DNA of 64,000 nt from an uncultured delta proteobacterium. Lineage in GTDB: Bacteria; Desulfobacterota; Desulfomonilia; UBA1062. Shown piece by piece: positions 49,317-56,214 of this stretch; within the stretch, counting starts at the first letter, position 1; every line of letters begins with the position of its first letter. The position numbers and the translations under genes were made by a program. The stretch lies in the NCBI GenBank assembly GCA_963752595.1, contig CAVVYZ010000024.1, forward strand, positions 12,341-76,340, in the 5' to 3' direction. Under the pieces are notes generated by a model. That model was not told the DNA's origin. It made no database searches and saw only the letters and a program-made list of their open reading frames with translations.

Positions 49317-50822
49317 TTAAGCGACTGATTTTTTCAGAATCCCGCCGGCGTTCCTCTGGGCATGATACCTGGAAACATGGCCCAGGGCGCGAAGACAATT
49401 CCCCAGGTCATGGAAAACCGGGATTCCTTTGCTCAGGAAGATGCTCCTCGTATCGCGGATGAGCTCTTCGATGTCCAGAGAATCCATGCCCTGCCTGAAA
49501 TTGGGAAGGACGAGCATGAGGGGCTTTCCCGTAGCAGAGCTTACCTCGGATGCCATTTCTGCCATTTCCCGGTAAGGGGCGATGTCCTTGACCGATTCGA
49601 CGCCTAAGCCCAGCGCAAGAGACTTGTAATGGTGGAGGAGCAGGATGAGGATCTGGAGATCGATCCGCGGGTCTTTCGCTGCGTGGAGGAATATTTCCCG
49701 GTATGCCTGGGGGCCGACGAAGGGGTTTGCCGCATCGATCGGATTCTTTGCGCTCGAGCCGGGTTTGGGGAGGAAATCAAGGATCTTTTCGCTTATCGCG
49801 GGGTCCAGCATGGGGATACCAAGCCCGTAGCGCTCGGCGGCGTCGCAGGCACTCACGCCCAGGGCACCGCCTCCGCCGGCAACGGTGATATTCTGATAGG
49901 CCCGCTCGGGAAGCAGCGAGAAGGCAAGGCAGACTTCCGCCATCTCCCACAGGTCTCCGACCTGAATGGCGCCGCTCTGATTCAGGACGGCCTGCCAGAT
50001 CTTGTGGCTGCCCCCCATGGATGCGGTATGGCTCGCAACGGCCCTGCCTCCTGCTTCGGAGAGGCCGCCTTTGTTAATGATCACGGGCTTCTTTGCGGCC
50101 ACATCCCTCAAGACAGAGAAGAAGGAGGCCCCATCCTCGACCCCTTCGATATACATCGCGATTACCTTTGTCTCGGGGTCATCGCCGAGGTAGGCGAGGA
50201 GCTCTGTCTCCCTTAAGTCGGCCCCGTTTCCGAAGCTCACCACCTTGGAGAACCCGATGCCCATCCATTTGCCGATGTGTGCAAAGTCGATTGACATGCC
50301 GCCGCTCTGGGAAACGAAGCCCACAGGCCCGCTTTCCCGCGACAAGTCCGGCCCGGGAAGAAGGGTAAGCCCGCTCCCGGGGCAGTAGATCCCGAAGCAG
50401 TTCGGCCCCACGACCCGGATCCCCAGCGAGCAGATATCCTTGATTTCTTTTTCAAGCCTCGATCCTTCAGGCGTCCCCATCTCGGAAAAGCCCGAGGAGA
50501 GTATCTCCGCTCCTGCAGCGCCCTTGAGCCTGCACTCCTCGAGTGCCTTGGGTACATGCTCTGCAGGAACGGCGATAACGGCGAAATCTATCGGCTCAGG
50601 GATTTCATGAACGCTCCGGTAGAGCTTCCTGCCCTTGAATTCCCCGCCTTTTGGGTTTACGGCGTAGATCGAACCATCATACCCTATCGCTTCAAGGGCG
50701 TTGAGGATTCCGCTGCCGAATACGTTTCCTCTGGAAGAAACACCGATAACTGCAATACTCCTGGGATAAAAAATACGATCGAAGGCGTCTTTCTGAGCAG
50801 GCTCCCTTTTTTCCGACCTCAT
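49317..50822 (-). CDS. Second acyl-CoA ligase (ADP-forming) alpha-subunit-like protein
   Basis: IFYPRSIAVIGVS, SSGFSE, GPNCFG, SQSGG, SFGNGADL, SHTAS, NPIDA; start at MRSEK with GAGGAGG RBS. Confidence 0.88.
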   Translation of the reverse strand: MRSEKREPAQKDAFDRIFYPRSIAVIGVSSRGNVFGSGILNALEAIGYDGSIYAVNPKGGEFKGRKLYRSVHEIPEPIDFAVIAVPAEHVPKALEECRLKGAAGAEILSSGFSEMGTPEGSRLEKEIKDICSLGIRVVGPNCFGIYCPGSGLTLLPGPDLSRESGPVGFVSQSGGMSIDFAHIGKWMGIGFSKVVSFGNGADLRETELLAYLGDDPETKVIAMYIEGVEDGASFFSVLRDVAAKKPVIINKGGLSEAGGRAVASHTASMGGSHKIWQAVLNQSGAIQVGDLWEMAEVCLAFSLLPERAYQNITVAGGGGALGVSACDAAERYGLGIPMLDPAISEKILDFLPKPGSSAKNPIDAANPFVGPQAYREIFLHAAKDPRIDLQILILLLHHYKSLALGLGVESVKDIAPYREMAEMASEVSSATGKPLMLVLPNFRQGMDSLDIEELIRDTRSIFLSKGIPVFHDLGNCLRALGHVSRYHAQRNAGGILKKSVA

Positions 50823-50990
50823 GAAACCCTCCTCGAAAATTGCTTGCCATAAAACATGTAACAACCCTGTAGATTTCACTTTTCTGATGCTCACGTCAAT
50901 AAGTTTATACAGCTTTTCGAAAGGTAATGTTTACATTACTCATTTCTGCACTTATTATTATTCCTAAAAAGGAAGGGAACCTAAAACCTC

Positions 50991-51866
50991 ATGCCCAAGG
51001 AAAACACCCACCTCTGGTTTGCCCACGGACTCTTGGACTTCGTACCGGAGACACGGATGCTCAAGGATGTCTCGGCGCATATCGGCCAATACCATCTCGG
51101 CTCCATTATCCCTGACACGTTCTTCTACAGCTCCGATAAATCCGTGGGAGAGGTTTCGGAAATCATCCACGGAAAAGACAGCAGCCCCACGAACAAGATC
51201 ATCATCCGCGTGCTCGACGAGGCAAAAGGCATGTCCGATGTCGCCTTCATCCTCGGGTATATCAGCCATTGCGCGCTGGATATCACCTTCCACCCAATGG
51301 TCAATTCCCTGAGCGGCAACTATTATAACGAAGATCCCCTGGAAAGGCATGAAGCCGTCTATCTGCACCGTCACATCGAGACCTGCATCGATGCCCTGAT
51401 CCAGAATCCTTTGAGGATCTACCGGCTTGTCCGCGTATCCCTGCTGAGCGGACTCGTCTTTGAAGACATCATTCAAAAGGAACACTCCGTACCGCCCCAA
51501 AAGCAGGAACGAACCCTCTCAAGGCAGCTTCTCGCAAACCGTCTGTTCGCAAGCGGCGGCGCATTCATGCTTGCAAAATTCCTCCACAATGTCGGAATTA
51601 TTCAGTCCAAAGAGCCGCTTTCGCTTTTTTACGGAAACGCCCGAGAACATCGCTGCATCGAGAACAGTGTCAGCTATACGGATATAAAGACCGGTATTGG
51701 AAAGACGGAGCAGCTCTCCGAATTTTTCGCCAGGGCCCGCATCAAGGCTTTGGGCATGATGGAGGCCGCCTGGGGGTATGCACACGGCACCATAACCAGG
51801 GAACGTCTCCTGGAGATGATTCCGGGAGAAAACTTAAGCACCGGAGAGCTCCCCGCAAATCCGTGA
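50991..51866 (+). CDS. Zinc-dependent phospholipase C-family protein
   Basis: MPxxxTH start, LGSIIPD, GYISHCALDITFHP, HRHIE. Confidence 0.82.
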   Translation: MPKENTHLWFAHGLLDFVPETRMLKDVSAHIGQYHLGSIIPDTFFYSSDKSVGEVSEIIHGKDSSPTNKIIIRVLDEAKGMSDVAFILGYISHCALDITFHPMVNSLSGNYYNEDPLERHEAVYLHRHIETCIDALIQNPLRIYRLVRVSLLSGLVFEDIIQKEHSVPPQKQERTLSRQLLANRLFASGGAFMLAKFLHNVGIIQSKEPLSLFYGNAREHRCIENSVSYTDIKTGIGKTEQLSEFFARARIKALGMMEAAWGYAHGTITRERLLEMIPGENLSTGELPANP

Positions 51867-51868
51867 GG

Positions 51869-51988
51869 AATGAAGTACCCCGCAAGCCCCTCTCCTGTAT
51901 CCTCTCCCCCGGAAACCCGCAAAGCGGGTCGTGAGAGGAAGAAGGGGCAACCCCTTAAGCCAAGCTTAAGGGGTATCATCTGAATGAA
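51869..51988. repeat. Compound palindromic intergenic repeat, copy 2
   Basis: AATGAAGTACCCCGCAAGC + core CTCTCCTGTATCCTCTCCCC...ACCCGCAAAGCGGGTCGTGAGAGGAAGAAGGGG + hairpin ACCCCTTAAGC-CAA-GCTTAAGGGGT + CTGAATGAA. Confidence 0.8.
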
Positions 51989-52020
51989 ACCCTCAGTCCT
52001 GGTGAGCACCGGGTATTAAG

Positions 52021-52049
52021 TTGACTTTCCGGTAATTTTTGATTAGATT
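52021..52049 (+). promoter_or_regulatory. Candidate sigma70 promoter for the CsgG-like locus
   Basis: TTGACT-17 nt-TAGATT, about 240 nt upstream of the ATG at 52287. Confidence 0.45.
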
Positions 52050-52286
52050 CAGGCTGAAGATTACAATGGTTACTGTTGCGTGAGGTTGCGTGGCGTCAAA
52101 GGGCAGTACAGAGAGGGGGCTGGGGCGAATTTCCGCTTCAACATCCCTTGACACTCCAGGATTTTTCCTTCAGCACACGTTTCCCTCAGAAGTACGCTTC
52201 GACGCGAGCAGAAACAGGCAGCACCCGGAGGTTTTTTAAGGGCTATTTCTTTAAAACCAATACAAGCTTTGTAAAAGGTCTTTCCC

Positions 52287-53216
52287 ATGAAAAAAAGCAT
52301 CGTCATGTATCTTTTGTCGGCCGTCCTGATCTTTTCCGCTTTCGGAAACAGCCTTTGGGCAGGCCAGGTGGTAACCGATGAGGTGAAGGCATGGGCCCGT
52401 TCGGCAGTAGAGCAGGAGAAATCCCTGGGCGCGAATCCTTCGGGCAATACGGTGGCCGTGCTCTACTTCCGCAATACAACCGGTTCGCAGAAGCTCACAC
52501 CGCTCCAGAAAGGTCTTGCGTTCATGCTGATGACCGACCTGGCAAAGGTCGGGGACATCCAGCTCGTCGAGCGGGTAAAGCTCCAGGCTCTCGTGGAGGA
52601 GCTCGGGCTGGGCGCATCCGGGGTGGTTGATGACAGCACGGCTCCGCGCGTGGGCAGACTGCTGCAGGCACGCTACCTGGTGGGCGGCGACCTCCTTCAG
52701 GGGCAGGCTTCCGAGCTGAATGTCGACTCGGACGTGGTAGGCACCCAGAAAATGAATGTATTGGGCAACCCGAAAGCGGAAGGCATGTTTGCACAGCTCT
52801 TCGATATCGAGAAGAAGCTCCTCTTTCAGATCATCGATATCCTGAAAGTCAAGGTCTCCCCGGAGAAGAAGAGAGAGCTTCAAAAACCCCTTTCCACCGA
52901 TCCGCAAGCGCTCTTTTATATGTTTTCCGGTCTGGACAGCTCTGACAGGGGTGATTACCTGTCAGCAGAAGCCGGCTACAAAAAGGCTCTGGAAAGAGAT
53001 CCCGGGCTTACCCCTGCGAAGGACGCTCTGGATGAGCTCTTCCGCCTCAAGCTCGTCACCCCGAAGAAGAGGAGCCGTGCCCTGACGCAGGACCTTGAGG
53101 ACAAGACTTCGAGCACCGACTCTCTCATCCCCGACGACCCGGAACGGAGATACGGCGACCCGGGCGATAACGAGAAACGCACAGGGGCAACCGGCCAGAT
53201 CCGGGTCCAGTGGTAA
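52287..53216 (+). CDS. Secreted CsgG/HfaB (TolB-N-like) family protein with one TPR
   Basis: Signal peptide ending SLWA; TVAVLYFRN, LVERVKLQALVEELGL, APRVGRLLQARYLVGG; TPR GDYLSAEAGYKKALERDP; ends TGQIRVQW. Confidence 0.85.
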   Translation: MKKSIVMYLLSAVLIFSAFGNSLWAGQVVTDEVKAWARSAVEQEKSLGANPSGNTVAVLYFRNTTGSQKLTPLQKGLAFMLMTDLAKVGDIQLVERVKLQALVEELGLGASGVVDDSTAPRVGRLLQARYLVGGDLLQGQASELNVDSDVVGTQKMNVLGNPKAEGMFAQLFDIEKKLLFQIIDILKVKVSPEKKRELQKPLSTDPQALFYMFSGLDSSDRGDYLSAEAGYKKALERDPGLTPAKDALDELFRLKLVTPKKRSRALTQDLEDKTSSTDSLIPDDPERRYGDPGDNEKRTGATGQIRVQW

Positions 53217-53238
53217 TTGGATCAATATACATTGAACA

Positions 53239-54642
53239 ATGGAGCATTCTACCGTGGGCATGAGCATTGATTTAAAGAAAACCGGCATATGCCATATCAT
53301 CCGAGTTCACGGTCACCTCATCTGCGTTCTCCTGTTCGCCCTCTCACTGCTCTTTCTGAGCTCCTGCAGCAGTAGCGGCGGCTCGGAAGGAACGGCAGAG
53401 AACGGGGCAATCGCTTTCTCGCTGAAATTCCCGGAGGCAGCATCGTCTCAAACGCAGCAGGCACCCGTGCAAAACAGTGCAGTGGTGTCATCAGCCTGCG
53501 AGGCATACGGCATTTCGACAATCGAAGCTTCTATTTATGATGGGGAAACCCTTATTGCCCAGGGCGGGCCGTGGAACTGCATCGACGGTAGCGGTCTCAT
53601 CTCAGACGTGGCAGTCGGGGAGAACAGGAGGATCGTTATTCTCTGCTCAAATGGAGCAGGCACCGTGCTGTACAGCGGCGAGAGGACCGGAGTTCTGGTC
53701 CTAGAGGGTGCCACAACCGATGCAGGCGTGATCGACGTCAGCTCGACAAACCATGCACCGGAACTTGAAAGTATCGCAGACACAACAGGAACGGTTGAAA
53801 ATCCTGTCGTGATAGATCCTTCCGAGATCTTCGCAACAGATGCTGATGGTGATATCCTTACCTACGAAGTAGGCAATCCACTGGGCGATTCCCAGAACTT
53901 CAATGCCGCGTTCAATCCTGTTACTCGGCAGTTTTCCTGGACCCCGAATTCGGCGGGTGATTATAAGGTGCTTTTCATAGTCCACGATAGCGGAACACCT
54001 CGCAAGAGCGACTTTCAGGAAGTGACGATACACGTTGACGGAGCACCAGTTGGAGCATTTTTACCCCAATTTCCTGTTCTTGCAGAGATCGGCTCCAGGG
54101 TGGTCAATGCCGGCGATACAGTTTCCATTCAGCTTGAGGGAACCAATCCCGCTGGTGGACCCCTCACCTATTTTGCCGAGGCAGTACCTGATAAAGCGAG
54201 TTATCCAAGCACTTCCATATTTACCGCCGCGTCAAATTTGTTTATGTGGAACACCGCTTCTGTTGCACCCGGGAATTATTACGTCCGGTTTGGCGTCTCA
54301 AATGGCTCTCGTGAGGACTATGAAGACGTCACAATCACGGTCGGCAATGTCAACCGTCCGCCGGTGCTCACGCCAATCGGCTCCCGGTGGATGAATAACC
54401 AAGGAACTTCCTTCCTCATTGCAGCGACGGACCCGGAAGATGATATCCTGATCTACTCAATCGATACTTCCCCAAACGACTATCAGGTTCCTCCAGGCGC
54501 ATCAATAGACTCGGATCATCGATTCACTTGGAACGAAGAAGAAGCTGGGTTCGATAGCGATTATGAGGTCCGGATCGTTGTTACCGACAGTCACGGTGAG
54601 ACTGACTTTGAAGATGTACATATTAGTCTTCCAGCATATTAA
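53239..54642 (+). CDS. Lipoprotein with conserved N-terminal domain and three Ig/cadherin-like domains
   Basis: Lipobox LSS|C; repeats begin NHAPEL/QFPVLAEIGSR/NRPPVLTPIGSR and end DFQEVTIHV/DYEDVTITV/DFEDVHISL; ATDADGD and ATDPEDD Ca-type motifs. The start may be 53260. Confidence 0.82.
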   Translation: MEHSTVGMSIDLKKTGICHIIRVHGHLICVLLFALSLLFLSSCSSSGGSEGTAENGAIAFSLKFPEAASSQTQQAPVQNSAVVSSACEAYGISTIEASIYDGETLIAQGGPWNCIDGSGLISDVAVGENRRIVILCSNGAGTVLYSGERTGVLVLEGATTDAGVIDVSSTNHAPELESIADTTGTVENPVVIDPSEIFATDADGDILTYEVGNPLGDSQNFNAAFNPVTRQFSWTPNSAGDYKVLFIVHDSGTPRKSDFQEVTIHVDGAPVGAFLPQFPVLAEIGSRVVNAGDTVSIQLEGTNPAGGPLTYFAEAVPDKASYPSTSIFTAASNLFMWNTASVAPGNYYVRFGVSNGSREDYEDVTITVGNVNRPPVLTPIGSRWMNNQGTSFLIAATDPEDDILIYSIDTSPNDYQVPPGASIDSDHRFTWNEEEAGFDSDYEVRIVVTDSHGETDFEDVHISLPAY

Positions 54643-54731
54643 TAGGGGCATATACATTTTGCATGATGAGAGAAATCTGACGATTCCCTTATCCCTTATA
54701 AGGGAATGTCATGAAAGGGGCTGATAGAGCC

Positions 54732-55853
54732 ATGAAGAAAGTTATTTCTGCCGTGTGCGTGCTCATGGCAATACTTATCGGGAATACGTGCCTTGCAGCA
54801 GGGGTTGACACCCGGACCGGTATGCATTTCAACTGGTGGGAGAGCGACCAGGATGACACGGGGATGCAGTTTTTCATCCCGATCCAGGCCGCCTCATCAT
54901 ATAAAGATGTATCCCTGAAACTGCTGGGGGCCTATGTATTCACCCAGGTAAACCCTGACACGGGCAAAAGGCGCAGCATCAGCCAGATGGCCGATACCAA
55001 GCTCAACGTGTCCTACAGGGTCTATGACCGGCTGCCTTTTGATGTTCTCTTCGGCCTGGGGTTCAACCTCCCCACCGGCCATACCGACCTCACGCGGAGC
55101 GAAACGGTTCTCATCGTGCCTCCCGACCTGTTCCCCATTCCCACCTTTGGCGAGGGCTTGAACATCAACCCCACAATCACGGTGGCCAAGGACTGGGGGC
55201 GGTTCATCGCGGGTGCGGGCATCGGGTATACCTGGCGGGGCGAGTATGATTACAGCTATCTCCATCCCGACTATGACCCGGGGGAAGTCCTCACCGCAAC
55301 CTGTGAAGCCGGATACGATATAACCGAGAAGCTCTTCGGGAAACTCTACGGCCAGTATATCAGCTATGCCAAGGACACGGTGGACGGCGACGACTTTTAC
55401 CAGGAAGGAGACGTCAAGCTCATCGGCTTAGGATTGAGCTACGACCGCAAGACCTGGGATGTAGGCTTCAATCTCACAGGAATTTTACGGGGCAAGAGCA
55501 AGGTCCAGCAAGGTGCAGCACTCCCCACCGAAGATCGCAACGGCCACGGCAACGAATTGAACACCGGGCTTATCTACCGGCATCATACAGATTCGAAAAC
55601 GACCGTGTGGACTTCCCTCGGACTGCTGTTCATAGCGGAAAACGATTATGCTTCCACCTCCCCCTTCTTTGTCGGGAAGCGGCAGAAGGTCACTCTCGGC
55701 TGCGGTTTCGACAAGACTCTTGCGGAAAACCTCACGGGATCGGTCGGGATCGAGGGCTTCATCATGGACGACGAGGAGAACTGGTATCACCCCGGGGAGG
55801 ATGTGACCTACCGTGGAATCGGCCTGTCCGCCCAGGTGAGCAAGCGGTTTTAG
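54732..55853 (+). CDS. Outer-membrane beta-barrel protein (COG4313/SphA-like LPTG motif)
   Basis: Signal peptide, alternating amphipathic strands throughout, DTKLNVSY...GLGFNLPTG, C-terminal GLSAQVSKRF BAM signal. Confidence 0.82.
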   Translation: MKKVISAVCVLMAILIGNTCLAAGVDTRTGMHFNWWESDQDDTGMQFFIPIQAASSYKDVSLKLLGAYVFTQVNPDTGKRRSISQMADTKLNVSYRVYDRLPFDVLFGLGFNLPTGHTDLTRSETVLIVPPDLFPIPTFGEGLNINPTITVAKDWGRFIAGAGIGYTWRGEYDYSYLHPDYDPGEVLTATCEAGYDITEKLFGKLYGQYISYAKDTVDGDDFYQEGDVKLIGLGLSYDRKTWDVGFNLTGILRGKSKVQQGAALPTEDRNGHGNELNTGLIYRHHTDSKTTVWTSLGLLFIAENDYASTSPFFVGKRQKVTLGCGFDKTLAENLTGSVGIEGFIMDDEENWYHPGEDVTYRGIGLSAQVSKRF

Positions 55854-56214
55854 ATCCCTGCTTTGGAAAAATATCGGGAGAACCCTGGAATGCTCCCGGC
55901 TTCCCGGCATTCTCCCTTCGGCAGGCTACCTGCCTTTTTCATGCATGCTGCGAGTCTTTTTTAGACCATGATGAGAGATAGGGGAAGAGGAGGACCGATC
56001 CAGGGGTGTGAAATATATTACCCATTATCAGTAATTTTTTCACGATATCTCCTTGTTTCTTTCCCGCAGGCACAGCACGATAAGATTTAATGCACCGTTA
56101 TTGTTAGCTTTTATGGTACTTGATAATGTAGCATGGTTTTTGCTTTAATTTCCAGGGTGGATTCAAGAGAATGGAGAAATTGATTCCACAAGACAAAAGG
56201 AGCAGGGGATACTC

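Noticed and set aside
48496-51988. CRISPR array interpretation of the palindromic repeats
   Set aside because: Only two dispersed copies 3.4 kb apart, no regular spacers and no cas genes.
52287-53216. Bona fide curli (csg) operon
   Set aside because: The protein has no lipobox and carries an extra TPR; no curlin-repeat, csgE or csgF gene is nearby.
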